Part shown: one piece after another, positions 1 to 9,438 of the stretch
Layout: every line of letters begins with the position of its first letter
How positions within the stretch are numbered: the first letter of the stretch is position 1
Assembly: GCA_031279835.1 (NCBI GenBank)
Contig: JAITHV010000075.1
Location: 948-64,947, forward strand
Origin: Coriobacteriales bacterium
GTDB lineage: Bacteria > Actinomycetota > Coriobacteriia > Coriobacteriales > UBA8131
Length of the DNA stretch: 64,000 nucleotides
Direction of reading: 5' to 3'
Position numbers and translations under genes: made by a program
Notes under the pieces: model-generated
Told to the model about the DNA's origin: nothing
The model's input: the letters and a program-made list of their open reading frames with translations, nothing else
The model's database searches: none

Positions 1-619
1 TGACAACCTGCAAGGGTGCCGGGTTGCTGCTTTCTTTAAGCGCCACGGTCGTCAGGTACTCCATCCCGCCACAGCACGGCACCTCCATTTTGACCACGGT
101 GACCGAGTTGACCGAGTTGTGGCTGAAGATCGCCGTAAGCTTCTCGAGACAGTTTGTACCGTCAAACTTTGGACAGCCAATAAGCGTAATGCGTCCACGC
201 ATGAACTCTGCATGAAACGACGCACGGGCAAAGGCGGCACAATCGGCCGCAATGAGCAGGTCGGATCCTTGGAGGCGTGGCATGGTGGGCGGCACGAGAC
301 GAATCTTCACGGGCCACTGGCTGAGCTCGCCTGCCGGGGCAGAGCTCGCGTCGCCCCCCTGCGCAGTGGGGCTTGCTGACTGCGCCTTGAGGGCAGCGGC
401 AACGGCAGCCTCGTCAAAGGGGCGCGCCTCACGTTCTTCAAAGCTGATCGCGCCGGTAGGACATGCAGGGAGGCAGTTTCCGAGACCGTCGCAATAGTCT
501 TCACGCAGCAACACGGCTTTTCCGTCGACAATGCCTATAGCGCCTTCGTGACAGGCGTCAGCGCATAGTCCGCAACCGTCACATTTTTCTTGTTCAATCT
601 TTATTATTGTTCGCAACAT
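1..619 (-). CDS. 4Fe-4S dicluster ferredoxin-like protein; 3' end cut by window edge. Absent from the supplied ORF track because there is no stop in the window.
   Basis: Manual translation of the minus strand from ATG 619-617 gives MLRTIIKIEQEKCDGCGLCADACHEGAIGIVDGKAVLLREDYCDGLGNCLPACPTGAISFEE..., with two Cys-cluster motifs. I checked every codon down to position 2 and found no in-frame stop (...ITLIGCPKFDG...VPCCGGMEYL...). AGGAGGTG lies upstream of the ATG. Confidence 0.75.
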   Translation of the reverse strand, partial: MLRTIIKIEQEKCDGCGLCADACHEGAIGIVDGKAVLLREDYCDGLGNCLPACPTGAISFEEREARPFDEAAVAAALKAQSASPTAQGGDASSAPAGELSQWPVKIRLVPPTMPRLQGSDLLIAADCAAFARASFHAEFMRGRITLIGCPKFDGTNCLEKLTAIFSHNSVNSVTVVKMEVPCCGGMEYLTTVALKESSNPAPLQVV

Positions 620-676
620 AGTGGCAAACACCTCCTAAATGGTTTTTTCTCATTATATTCAGATGATGCCTGCTCT

Positions 677-696
677 TCTGTTGTATATACAACAGA
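677..696. promoter_or_regulatory. Perfect 20-bp palindrome TCTGTTGTATATACAACAGA (TGTTG-N6-CAACA core), a candidate CRP/FNR-family site upstream of the ferredoxin-like gene
   Basis: Exact reverse-complement symmetry read from the sequence. The centre lies about 41 bp upstream of the TSS predicted from a perfect TATAAT (minus strand, plus coordinates 652-657). Confidence 0.35.
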
Positions 697-748
697 TTGT
701 ATTTCGACGTTCAGTCGACTGAAAAAGACACGCTCCTGGTGCAAAGGG

Positions 749-2497
749 TCATATCACCTTGACGGATGAGACGGCGGAGCAAAAACGGTCCGCAAAACGC
801 TTGAGCGTCTCGTGATCGCTATTACAGAGATGTATCTGCATAGCTCGGCGTCCACGAACAGAGAGCTCTTCAAAGTCAGCGCGAGCCTGTGTAGCCGCAA
901 GCGTTCCCAGAGTGTAACGTTCGTGCGGTATGCTTGTGTCTTTGGTGATGTCCTCGTCTGCCGAAATGAACAAGAACACCCCGGTGTTTGACCCGCCCTT
1001 GTGCAGCTGACCGGTCGAGTGCAGATAACGTGGACCAATCTCAAGACAAGACGCCATGCCCAAACTGGATGCGACCCGATGACGCATCGTCTCGAGATCG
1101 TTTCGCCTTTGACCCAAAAAGGGAAGAAACGCATTGAGCGAGAAGTAGTCACCCTCCCGAAACGAGCCAAGCAAAGTGCGCAGCGCACTGTCTATCAGTT
1201 CATGGCCAACAGACTCATCCTGACTAAGCAGGTCCCCCTCATTGATCAGCGCCGCGCTCATACGCAGTATGGGCACATAATAGCCTTCATAATATACTTG
1301 GCTATAGTGATCTGGCTGCGACGACATGCCGGAATCCTCGCGCAACAATTCACTGACCCGCAGTTTGGTGGCGTCCACATCGGGCTGATCAAAGGGGTTG
1401 AGCTTCATGAGGATGCCGAGAAATGCAATGGCGTACTCCCAGATCACGAAGTGTCCGAGCAATTCTTCTATGCTTTGTAGTGTAAAGTGTCGTATTGACA
1501 TACACTCGTTAATGCAGGTAAGTGATTCCGAGAATCCCTCAGTGTGGCCAACCTCATAGGTGATGACACAGCGGTCGGCGCGCGGCTCGCGGAGAGTACT
1601 AGGGTCTATCTCTATGTTCGGCACTATGCCCTTGCCCTGTTTACCGAGCGACTCGGCGACAAGCTGCTCGATCCACAGGCCAAAGACAAGTCCCGAGGGC
1701 GGCATGACCAACGACACCTTGTCGCGCTTGTCCATCAGACCACGGTACAAAAAGCTGGCAAGGCTTAGGGCTGGGTTCTCGCGTGTGTCTGCTGCGCAGC
1801 GTGCCTCAACGGCCGCTGCTGAGGCAACCGCCTGCTCGATGTCAATGCCTACGAGTGCAGCCGGGAACAGGCCGAACACGCTCAGGGCCGAAAAGCGCCC
1901 ACCGACGCCGCTAGGACCTGGGAGCACGAGGCGATAGTTTTTCTCGTGCGCAAGCTGCTCAAGAGAGCTTTCTGGGTCAGTGATGGCAACGAATCGCTTG
2001 GCAGCGCCCTCTATGCCAAGGTGCCCCACCACGTAGCTCCATACCACACGCTCGAGCATGAGTGGCTCGATAGTCGAACCGGATTTCGACGACACAATGT
2101 ACAAGGTGCGCGCAGGATCACACTTCTTAAGGATGTTTGTTACGAACTCCGGTGATAGCGAGTCAATCGTATAAAAGTTGACATCGGTGCGATCTGTGTG
2201 CACCTCATGAAGCTTTGTGATGGTCATGGCGGCCTGAGAAGAGCCGCCTTGACCAAGAAGAACTACTGCGTCAAGGCCTTCGAGGCGAATCCCCGAGGCT
2301 ATCTCTGCAAGCTCCGTGACCGAAAAAGGCGGTCGTGAGCTCAAGTCTACCCAGCCGAGAAATCCAGCGGCATACTCCGCTGCCTCGGGGCTAGCGTCAA
2401 AGAGCGAAGCGTCGCGCGCCTGTAGACGTGATGGTGCCTTGAGCTTGAGCAGTCGCTCAAGGCACTCGTTGCATGCAAAAGATTGTTCACTGCCCAT
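749..2497 (-). CDS. pgi: Glucose-6-phosphate isomerase (long PGI type)
   Basis: ORF 749..2611 contains the PGI signature GVGGRFSALSVFG and SKSGSTIEP. I chose the start at the internal ATG (MGSEQSF, 2497) because the longer ORF would overlap rplQ. Confidence 0.85.
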   Translation of the reverse strand: MGSEQSFACNECLERLLKLKAPSRLQARDASLFDASPEAAEYAAGFLGWVDLSSRPPFSVTELAEIASGIRLEGLDAVVLLGQGGSSQAAMTITKLHEVHTDRTDVNFYTIDSLSPEFVTNILKKCDPARTLYIVSSKSGSTIEPLMLERVVWSYVVGHLGIEGAAKRFVAITDPESSLEQLAHEKNYRLVLPGPSGVGGRFSALSVFGLFPAALVGIDIEQAVASAAAVEARCAADTRENPALSLASFLYRGLMDKRDKVSLVMPPSGLVFGLWIEQLVAESLGKQGKGIVPNIEIDPSTLREPRADRCVITYEVGHTEGFSESLTCINECMSIRHFTLQSIEELLGHFVIWEYAIAFLGILMKLNPFDQPDVDATKLRVSELLREDSGMSSQPDHYSQVYYEGYYVPILRMSAALINEGDLLSQDESVGHELIDSALRTLLGSFREGDYFSLNAFLPFLGQRRNDLETMRHRVASSLGMASCLEIGPRYLHSTGQLHKGGSNTGVFLFISADEDITKDTSIPHERYTLGTLAATQARADFEELSVRGRRAMQIHLCNSDHETLKRFADRFCSAVSSVKVI

Positions 2498-2528
2498 TGA
2501 AAGTCGCCTGTTCGCAGCGTGCTTCGGC

Positions 2529-3167
2529 CTACGCGTCAGCGGGCTTGTTCTCAGGCTCGTCAGCCCCTTCCTCGGCACCTTCGGGCTCAGCCTTGACCTC
2601 GGACCCCTCATCCTCGACGGCCTCAGGCTCGTCTGCCTCGGTCTCAGGCACGGCGTCTGTCTCCTCGAGTTCCTCCTCGGTTTCCTCAGACTCGACTACG
2701 GCCTCAAGCACATCGGCATCAGCAGACGGCTCACTCGACTTCTTTGGTGCCGGTGCGTCAGTCTTCTCAACTGCCTTGCCGTCCTTTTTCTTCTCTTTTG
2801 CGACATATTGCTCAGTGACGAGCTGCATGATAACGATAACCGCTGAGTCGCCGCGTCGCGTGCCTATCTTCAAGATGCGGGAGTAGCCGCCCGGGCGGTC
2901 TTTGAAGAGGCCTTGCTCCACCTTCGAAAAAACCTCCCTGACGAGGTCCTTGTCCCCAAGCTTTGCGATGGCGAGGCGCCGCGAATGCACGTCTCCGCGC
3001 TTAGCCCACGTAATGACGCGGTCCACGTCGCCTCGAATTTCTTTCGCGCGCTCAAGCGTGGTCTTTATGCGGTCGTTCTTGAAAAGCGCAACGCACAGGT
3101 TCTTCTTGATGGCCTTGGTGTGGCTCGCATCAGTCCCGAGCTTGCGACCTTTTTTGTAGTGTCTCAT
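2529..3167 (-). CDS. rplQ: 50S ribosomal protein L17 with a long acidic C-terminal tail
   Basis: MRHYKKGRKLGTDASHTKA...GGYSRILKIGTRRGD is a typical L17 core. It sits downstream of rpoA. Confidence 0.95.
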   Translation of the reverse strand: MRHYKKGRKLGTDASHTKAIKKNLCVALFKNDRIKTTLERAKEIRGDVDRVITWAKRGDVHSRRLAIAKLGDKDLVREVFSKVEQGLFKDRPGGYSRILKIGTRRGDSAVIVIMQLVTEQYVAKEKKKDGKAVEKTDAPAPKKSSEPSADADVLEAVVESEETEEELEETDAVPETEADEPEAVEDEGSEVKAEPEGAEEGADEPENKPADA

Positions 3168-3200
3168 TCTGGTGTTCTCCTCGTAGCACTGGCAAAAAGC

Positions 3201-4145
3201 CTAGGGCTTCAAGCCAAGGTCCATGGTTTGGAGCTTGTCCTTGACTTCCTCTATGGACTTCGCGCCAAAGTTGCGAATATTGAGCAGGTCGTTCTCGCTG
3301 TAGTCAACGAGTTGGCGCACAGTATGAATGCCAGCGCGCTTGAGGCAGTTGTACGAGCGCACGGAGAGGTCAAGCTCCTCGACCTGCTTGTCAAGCTCAA
3401 GGCTGCCGCTCATGCTGTCGCTCGCAAAGATGCTGCCTGATGGGTCAGCCTCGACCACCGTCTCGCCGAGCTTCAGGAAGGCCTCGGTGTGCTGCATGAC
3501 GATGTTGGCGGCGTGAACCACAGCCTCAGAGGGCGTGATGGAGCCATTGGTCTCGACCTCAAGGATGAGGCGGTCATAGTCAGTGCGCTGGCCGACGCGG
3601 GTGTCCGAGACGTTCATCGTGCAACGGCGAACGGGCGAGAACAGCGAGTCTACGTGAATGTAGCCGATGGGGTCGATTTCGCGCTTGTTGCGCTCCGCGC
3701 TGATATACCCGCGGCCGACGCCGATGCGCAGCTCCATGTTGAGCCGACCGCCTTCTGCGAGCGTCGCAATGGCATGGTCGGTGTTGACCAGCTTGAACTC
3801 AGCCGGCACGTCAATGTCTGCGCCGGTCACAACCGTCGGTCCCAGGGCGCTGATCGAGGCGATGCCCTCATCACCCGTGCCCAGGGCGCTGAACACGAGA
3901 CCCTTGACGTTCAGGACAATGTCGGTGACGTCCTCAATGACGCCGTCGGCGGTCGAGAACTCATGCTGCACGCCATCAATTCGGATGGCAGTCGCAGCGG
4001 CGCCGTCCAAAGACGAAAGCAGCACCCGGCGCATGCTGTTGCCAAGCGTCTGGCCGTAACCGCGCTCAAGTGGCTCGACGATGAAGCGTGCCAAGGTGTC
4101 GTTGACGGGCTCAACTTTTACCTGTGGTCTCATGAACTCTGTCAT
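3201..4145 (-). CDS. rpoA: DNA-directed RNA polymerase alpha subunit
   Basis: The VEPLERGYGQTLGNSMRRVLLSS motif and a C-terminal domain (SVRSYNCLKRAGIHTV). Start taken at MTEFMRPQ (4145) so that it does not overlap rpsD. Confidence 0.95.
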   Translation of the reverse strand: MTEFMRPQVKVEPVNDTLARFIVEPLERGYGQTLGNSMRRVLLSSLDGAAATAIRIDGVQHEFSTADGVIEDVTDIVLNVKGLVFSALGTGDEGIASISALGPTVVTGADIDVPAEFKLVNTDHAIATLAEGGRLNMELRIGVGRGYISAERNKREIDPIGYIHVDSLFSPVRRCTMNVSDTRVGQRTDYDRLILEVETNGSITPSEAVVHAANIVMQHTEAFLKLGETVVEADPSGSIFASDSMSGSLELDKQVEELDLSVRSYNCLKRAGIHTVRQLVDYSENDLLNIRNFGAKSIEEVKDKLQTMDLGLKP

Positions 4146-4167
4146 ACGTGGTTCCCTGTCTCTTTCA

Positions 4168-4794
4168 TTACTTGGAGTAGAGCTCGACGATGAGCTGCTC
4201 GCGGATATCCAGGTCAATTTGCTCGCGCGTGGGGAGCTCGAGCACAGAGCCTTGGAGCTTCTCGATGTCTACCTCCAGCCATTGGGGCACTTCGGTGCGC
4301 TCGTTTGAGATAAGCGCCGTCTTGATGACCAGGAGGTCTTTTGCCTTGGTGGCAACTGCCACAAGGTCGCAAGCCTTGACGCGGTACGACGGGATGTTCA
4401 CGCGACGGCCGTTGACGGTAATGTGGCCGTGACGCACCTGCTGGCGCGCCTCGTCTCGCGACTTCGCGAACCCCAGGCGGTACACCACGTTGTCGAGGCG
4501 CAGCTCAAGGATGCGCAGCAGGTTCTCGCCAGTCACTCCGTGCTGACGGTTTGCCAGCTCGTAATAGCCTCTAAACTGCTTCTCGAGCAGACCGTAGATA
4601 CGCTTTGCCTTTTGCTTCTCGCGCAGCTGGAGCCGGTATTCGGACTCCTTGACGCGCTTCTTGCCGGCCTCGCCCGGCGCGTAGGGCCGTCGCTCAACGG
4701 CACACTTGTCCGTGTAGCAGCGACTGCCCTTCAAGAACAGCTTGCTGCCCTCGCGGCGGCAAAGGCGGCAGTCTGCTCCGGTATATCTAGCCAT
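4168..4794 (-). CDS. rpsD: 30S ribosomal protein S4
   Basis: [26 protein letters not shown]... is a typical S4 N-terminus. ATG verified at 4794-4792. Confidence 0.95.
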   Translation of the reverse strand: MARYTGADCRLCRREGSKLFLKGSRCYTDKCAVERRPYAPGEAGKKRVKESEYRLQLREKQKAKRIYGLLEKQFRGYYELANRQHGVTGENLLRILELRLDNVVYRLGFAKSRDEARQQVRHGHITVNGRRVNIPSYRVKACDLVAVATKAKDLLVIKTALISNERTEVPQWLEVDIEKLQGSVLELPTREQIDLDIREQLIVELYSK

Positions 4795-4968
4795 AATGCC
4801 TATTCCTCTCAAATCACAGGATTCATCAGTTCATGACCCTTTGGCGCCTGGGGGCGCCGGTCTGCCGTAGCGCCCCGTTGCTGACGGGGCAGGTGGCCTT
4901 CAGGGCTTGCGGCTCCCCGAGGCAGTCGGCGCACAGCCATCGTGGCCGCGCTGCCAGCCGCTCGGACC

Positions 4969-5367
4969 CTAAACGCGACGGCGCTTGCGCTGGCGCACCC
5001 CGTTGTGCGGGATGGGGGTGCAGTCCTGGATGCTTGCGATCTCCAAGCCAGTGGCCTGGAGCGTCCGGATAGCCGTCTCGCGTCCTGAGCCTGGGCCCTT
5101 GACAAAGACCGAGACCTTGCGCAGACCGTGCTCCTGGGCAATCTTCGCGCAGGCCTCAGCTGCCATTTGCGCGGCAAAGGGCGTCGACTTGCGCGAGCCC
5201 TTGAAGCCTACCGTTCCAGCGCTCTGCCAAGCGATGACATTGCCCTGCGGGTCGGTGATGCTTATGATGGTGTTGTTAAACGTGGACTTGATGTGTGCTT
5301 GACCAACCGCAATATTCTTGCGCTCAGAGCGCTTGATGCGGGTGCGCACCTGTTTTTTTGCTGCCAT
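4969..5367 (-). CDS. rpsK: 30S ribosomal protein S11
   Basis: [22 protein letters not shown]...[14 protein letters not shown] is S11 family. Confidence 0.97.
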   Translation of the reverse strand: MAAKKQVRTRIKRSERKNIAVGQAHIKSTFNNTIISITDPQGNVIAWQSAGTVGFKGSRKSTPFAAQMAAEACAKIAQEHGLRKVSVFVKGPGSGRETAIRTLQATGLEIASIQDCTPIPHNGVRQRKRRRV

Positions 5368-5735
5368 TACTTCTTCTTGCCTCCGATCTGCTTGCGTGGG
5401 CCTTTACGCGTGCGCGCGTTCGTGTGAGTGCGCTGGCCGCGCACCGGTAGACCGCGACGATGGCGAAGCCCGCGATAGCACCCGATCTCCATGAGGCGCT
5501 TGATGTTTTGCTGCACCTCTCGGCGCAGGTCGCCCTCAATCTTGAGGTTTTTGTCAATATACTCGCGGAGTCGGACCGTCTCCTCCTCAGTGAGGTCTCT
5601 GACCCGGGTGTCCGGGTCGATGTCGGTCGCTGCGAGGACCTGCTTGGCCGTAGTCAAGCCAATCCCAAAGATGTAGGTCAACCCAATCTCCACACGCTTC
5701 TCGCGCGGTAGGTCGACACCGGCAATACGCGCCAT
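5367..5735 (-). CDS. rpsM: 30S ribosomal protein S13
   Basis: [26 protein letters not shown] is S13. The TAATG junction gives a 1-nt overlap with rpsK. Confidence 0.97.
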   Translation of the reverse strand: MARIAGVDLPREKRVEIGLTYIFGIGLTTAKQVLAATDIDPDTRVRDLTEEETVRLREYIDKNLKIEGDLRREVQQNIKRLMEIGCYRGLRHRRGLPVRGQRTHTNARTRKGPRKQIGGKKK

Positions 5736-5751
5736 CCGGCAGTTCTCCTCC

Positions 5752-5865
5752 CTAGCCCTGACGCTGCTTGTGGCGCGGGTTCTCGCAGATTACGAGCACG
5801 CGCCCATGGCGTCGGATTATCTTACATTTGTCACACATCTTTTTTACTGAAGGGCGTACCTTCAT
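5752..5865 (-). CDS. rpmJ: 50S ribosomal protein L36 (too short for the ORF track)
   Basis: Manual translation gives [37 protein letters not shown] followed by a stop. ATG at 5865-5863, TAG at 5754-5752. Confidence 0.9.
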   Translation of the reverse strand: MKVRPSVKKMCDKCKIIRRHGRVLVICENPRHKQRQG

Positions 5866-5944
5866 GGTCTTGTCCTTTCTATATTCTCTATAGTCACGCC
5901 GCAGCCGCGGGCGTCATTTTTTAGCTGGGGATAAGGGCATGGCG

Positions 5945-6163
5945 TCATTTGTACCGGTAGGTGATCCGACCGCGCTTAAGGTCATAGGGAGATAGCTCCA
6001 CGGTGACCTTGTCGCCTGGGAGTATGCGGATATAGTGCATGCGCATCTTCCCAGAGATGTGTGCAAGCACTACGTGACCGTTCTCAAGCTCTACTTTGAA
6101 CATCGCATTGGGCAGTGGCTCAATCACGGTGCCTTCGAGCTCGATTGCATCTTCTTTTCCCAA
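5945..6163 (-). CDS. infA: Translation initiation factor IF-1, TTG start
   Basis: [52 protein letters not shown] is IF-1. The N-terminal part of ORF 5945..6247 is not IF-1-like. A TTG at 6163-6161 is preceded by GGAAG and gives the canonical 72 aa. Confidence 0.9.
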   Translation of the reverse strand: MGKEDAIELEGTVIEPLPNAMFKVELENGHVVLAHISGKMRMHYIRILPGDKVTVELSPYDLKRGRITYRYK

Positions 6164-6381
6164 AAAACCGCTTCCTATTCGATTACAAAAACGACAGCGT
6201 TCAATATTAGCGTAAACCACTTGTTGAGGACAAGGGTTTTTTTTCAACTGTTATCGATCTAATGCCACATACATGGGCAAAAGGCGGGCATTTGACGGAT
6301 TATTGCCGGGTTCCCGCCTGGTTTATGGCTCACGAGTGCCCACAGAGCTTCGAAATGACGTCTTGCTGTTTCTTCATGCGC

Positions 6382-6717
6382 TCAGCGGCCTGCTCGTCGA
6401 GCAGACACGAGGTGACGCAAAGCGAGCACCGGGTGATGAAGCAGCATGCGCGGACCAGCGAAGCGCATGACCTCCTGTATGCGCTGCCGTTTGTCACCCG
6501 CATAGCACTGTATGGGGCAGTTGCTGCAAAACGGCTTCTTGTCGCGCAGGGGGCACTGCTCGACACGACGGCGTGCGTAGGACGCGAGCTCCTCGCATTG
6601 AGCGCACAGGCCGTCGCCCGACGCGGCGTGGGAGCGCGACTTGCAAAAGAGGGCAATCATCTCCTCGACGATGCGCTGATCGCCGTCACAGCTGTTCAAT
6701 GAGGATCGTCTTGTCAT
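6382..6717 (-). CDS. Nitrous oxide-stimulated promoter family protein (YgbA-like)
   Basis: KKPFCSNCPIQCYAGDKRQRIQEVMRFAGPRMLLHHPVLALRHL parallels E. coli YgbA (KPACKQCPVHCY...MRWAGPRML..HP), recalled from memory. Confidence 0.8.
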   Translation of the reverse strand: MTRRSSLNSCDGDQRIVEEMIALFCKSRSHAASGDGLCAQCEELASYARRRVEQCPLRDKKPFCSNCPIQCYAGDKRQRIQEVMRFAGPRMLLHHPVLALRHLVSARRAGR

Positions 6718-6762
6718 ATGCGGCCAGTCAAGTGGCTCAACGAGGCGTCGCGGCCAGTGTTT

Positions 6763-7308
6763 TTAGCCGAGTGTAGCCAGAGCGCCGAAAGTAGTGACAA
6801 GAACGAGGATGATCGGCAGGCAGCATAGAATCAGAAAGCCCAATACAGCAACAAGCACACCGATCCATATGCGGTTTTTGCCGGAAGGCTGCTCAAGTTG
6901 TTGTTGGTAGCCGCGACCGACGGGCTGCACGTTGACGGTGATCGGCTGCGCCGCAACTGCCGTTGGATAAGGAGACGCGGGGGCAGCTGGACGGACGGGA
7001 GTACCAGGTGTATTAGAAGTGCCATTAGCGCCATCGGCGGCAGGGGTCGTGGCCTGCTGCCAGCCAGCGGCAAGCGGCTGCCCGGAAGCATTGTAGCTGA
7101 CAGGTGGCGCGTACGACGGCAGTGACGATGTTCCTGCTGCAATTGACTGGTTGGGCGCTGGGGCGCCGGGCGCAGCCGTCTCAGACGCGGCACCCAGTCC
7201 GTCCGAGACGACCTGCCCGGCGATCGGGCCTGCCGTCAAAGACTTCCCGCAATAGGGGCAAAACGTCACGCTTTCTGAGACCTCGTTGTTACAGCTCCCA
7301 CATTTCAT
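6763..7308 (-). CDS. Zinc-ribbon membrane protein with a Pro/Ala-rich linker and a C-terminal TM segment
   Basis: N-terminal MKCGSCNNEVSESVTFCPYCG (CxxC...CxxC). A low-complexity middle region. C-terminal hydrophobic WIGVLVAVLGFLILCCLPIILVLV. Confidence 0.6.
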   Translation of the reverse strand: MKCGSCNNEVSESVTFCPYCGKSLTAGPIAGQVVSDGLGAASETAAPGAPAPNQSIAAGTSSLPSYAPPVSYNASGQPLAAGWQQATTPAADGANGTSNTPGTPVRPAAPASPYPTAVAAQPITVNVQPVGRGYQQQLEQPSGKNRIWIGVLVAVLGFLILCCLPIILVLVTTFGALATLG

Positions 7309-7320
7309 GACAGTCCTTTC

Positions 7321-8199
7321 TCATCGTTGCCGGTCGGTCTTGAAGAACAAGGCAACGGTCCCCGGGCCTGCATGTGCGCCGATAACGGGGTCGAGGTAGT
7401 TGATGACAGGATCAGCGATGCCGTACCTCTCCTTAAGCTGAGCTGCCACAAACTGAGCCTCCTCGATGCAGTCGCCATGTGAGATGGCAACCACTTGCTG
7501 CCCTTTAGGCTCGCTTGCCCCTTGCACAAAATGCTCGATGAGGGACTGAAGCGACTTCTTGCGCCCACGGACCTTCTCCACCGGGACCAGACGTCCGACG
7601 TCGTCAACATGGAGCACTGGCTTGATGTTCAGCAGCGTCCCCGCTATGGCAACGCCTTTTGAGAGCCTGCCCCCGCGCTGGAGGTAATTGAGGTTGTCGA
7701 CAGTGAACCAATGTGCGAAGTTGAGACAGTGCCCTGCAGCCCACTGTGCCACCTCGTCAAGCGTCTCGCCCGCCTCACGGCGTTTCGCCGCCTCGAGCAC
7801 AAACAGGCCTTGTCCGAGAGCAGCGGCCAAGGTGTCAACACAAAACAGCCTGCGCTCAGGATAATCGCGCTCTGCCACCTGCCTCAGGTGCGCGCTTATT
7901 ACCTCGTAGGTTCCCGAAAGGGCTGAGTCAAAGCCGAGGTACAGCACGTCGAGGCCTTTGTCAAACTGACCGCGGAGAAGGTCTTCCGCCTCTTGCTTGC
8001 TAGGAAGCGAGGTTCGAATGAGCTTGCCGTCGCGCATCATGTCGTAGAACTGCTTGAGGTCGATGCTGCTTCCTTTGAGGTAGCTGCGATACAACTCGCC
8101 CTCAATGTTGAACTCGAGCGCCATGATCTGAAGATCGTAGTGGTCGATGATAGGCTCTGGCAGGTTTGACGCAGAGTCTGTGATGATGCCAAAGGTCAT
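7321..8199 (-). CDS. DegV family fatty-acid-binding protein
   Basis: FGIITDSASNLP...SLPS...GHCLNF...VAISHGDC is the typical DegV layout. Confidence 0.9.
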   Translation of the reverse strand: MTFGIITDSASNLPEPIIDHYDLQIMALEFNIEGELYRSYLKGSSIDLKQFYDMMRDGKLIRTSLPSKQEAEDLLRGQFDKGLDVLYLGFDSALSGTYEVISAHLRQVAERDYPERRLFCVDTLAAALGQGLFVLEAAKRREAGETLDEVAQWAAGHCLNFAHWFTVDNLNYLQRGGRLSKGVAIAGTLLNIKPVLHVDDVGRLVPVEKVRGRKKSLQSLIEHFVQGASEPKGQQVVAISHGDCIEEAQFVAAQLKERYGIADPVINYLDPVIGAHAGPGTVALFFKTDRQR

Positions 8200-8329
8200 G
8201 GTTTCTCCCGTTTTTATAGAGTCACGGCCGTCGAATTAGGCAACTGTATGATAGCAGTTTTGTTGCCCCGCAACAGGCACGTCAGGTCACTGCCGACGCG
8301 GTGGTCAGGCGCGTGAGCCGCCCGAGCAG

Positions 8330-8596
8330 TCAGGACTGGCCGCCAAGGGCAGCGCACCAGTCAGCAAAGCGATCGGGGTCAACGTCAATGGCCACGAGCT
8401 TTTGGCGCGCAGTAGACCCTTTGAGAATCCGCACGGCACTTTGGGGTATTCGCAGCTCATGAGAGAGAAGCTTGATGACGGCATTGTTTGCCTTGCCCCC
8501 TTCTGGCGGTGCGGTCACGCGCACTGCTAGCACGCCGCGCTCTTCATCAGCCCAGCCGCTCACCTCGTTGGCACAAGCGCGCGGGGTGACTTTCAA
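8330..8596 (-). CDS. DUF167 (YggU-like) protein
   Basis: KVTPRA...VRVTAPPEGGKANNAVIKLLS is the hallmark DUF167 motif. TTG start as in the track; the N-terminus is uncertain. Confidence 0.75.
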   Translation of the reverse strand: MKVTPRACANEVSGWADEERGVLAVRVTAPPEGGKANNAVIKLLSHELRIPQSAVRILKGSTARQKLVAIDVDPDRFADWCAALGGQS

Positions 8597-8634
8597 CCGA
8601 ACGGTAACACTTGCTTTGAGCGGCAGGTGTCTGC

Positions 8635-9438
8635 TCAGTCGATCTCCTCGATGTCGATGTCGTCCTCAAAGTCGAGGATAACGTCGCTGTCGGTGTCGGT
8701 GTCGCCGCCTTGAACGGAGTCTATGACACCTGTAGCCGCCGCTTTGGCCGAGCTGGCAGAAGTTGCCGCAGCAGAGGCGCCAGACTGCGCAAAGAGACTG
8801 CCTGCCCCTGAGACCTGCGCACGGGAATGACCGGCCGCAGACGGCGGCAGCGAGGCATCGTTGCCGGTGATGACCTCCCGCGCCTCCATGGGCATGAGCG
8901 TTGCCCTGGCCGATGACACGTCTGGCACGATGCCGTCGATCGTAGGCATGACTTTCTGTGCGTCTGTAGAGAAGTGATTGAGGATCGAGAGGTAGTCGGT
9001 GCGGAACTTCTCGCACGACTCCCGCAGACGATCGATCTCGTCAAGTATGCGTTGTTTTTCAGCCATTGCGTCTCGCACGATGTCGCGCGCGCGCTGCTCG
9101 GCCTCGCGGTAGGCCTTCTCTGCCTCGATGCGCGCCTCTTCTTTGAGCGCGTCTGCGCTTCGCTGAGCAGCGATGAACGCCTTTGATATCTGCTCCTCGG
9201 TCGCCGAGGACTTAGGGGGCGTCGGTGCCGACTTGGCGGCGAGGGCAGCTTGTGCCTCTGCACTCTTGGCTCTGGCCTCAGCAGCGTCGATGCGGTTCTT
9301 CGCCTCGACGAGCGCACGGTTAAAATTGTCAACTTCAAGGGCAATGCGCTCCAGGAACACATCGACTTCCTGAGCGTCATAGCCATGACGGGAAGTGTTG
9401 AAGCTCTGCTGCTGGATATCCATCGCGGTCAAGCCCAT
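8635..9438 (-). CDS. divIVA: DivIVA-domain cell-division/polarity protein
   Basis: LTAMDIQQQSFNTSRHGYDAQEVDVFLERIA is the DivIVA N-terminal domain, followed by a coiled coil. Confidence 0.85.
   Translation of the reverse strand: MGLTAMDIQQQSFNTSRHGYDAQEVDVFLERIALEVDNFNRALVEAKNRIDAAEARAKSAEAQAALAAKSAPTPPKSSATEEQISKAFIAAQRSADALKEEARIEAEKAYREAEQRARDIVRDAMAEKQRILDEIDRLRESCEKFRTDYLSILNHFSTDAQKVMPTIDGIVPDVSSARATLMPMEAREVITGNDASLPPSAAGHSRAQVSGAGSLFAQSGASAAATSASSAKAAATGVIDSVQGGDTDTDSDVILDFEDDIDIEEID

Noticed and set aside
5866-5944. Hairpin ACGCC...GGCGT with a T-run between infA and rpmJ
   Set aside because: The T-run follows the hairpin only on the plus strand, whereas the operon is transcribed on the minus strand. 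It is therefore not an intrinsic terminator for these genes and is at most a stabilising or processing structure.
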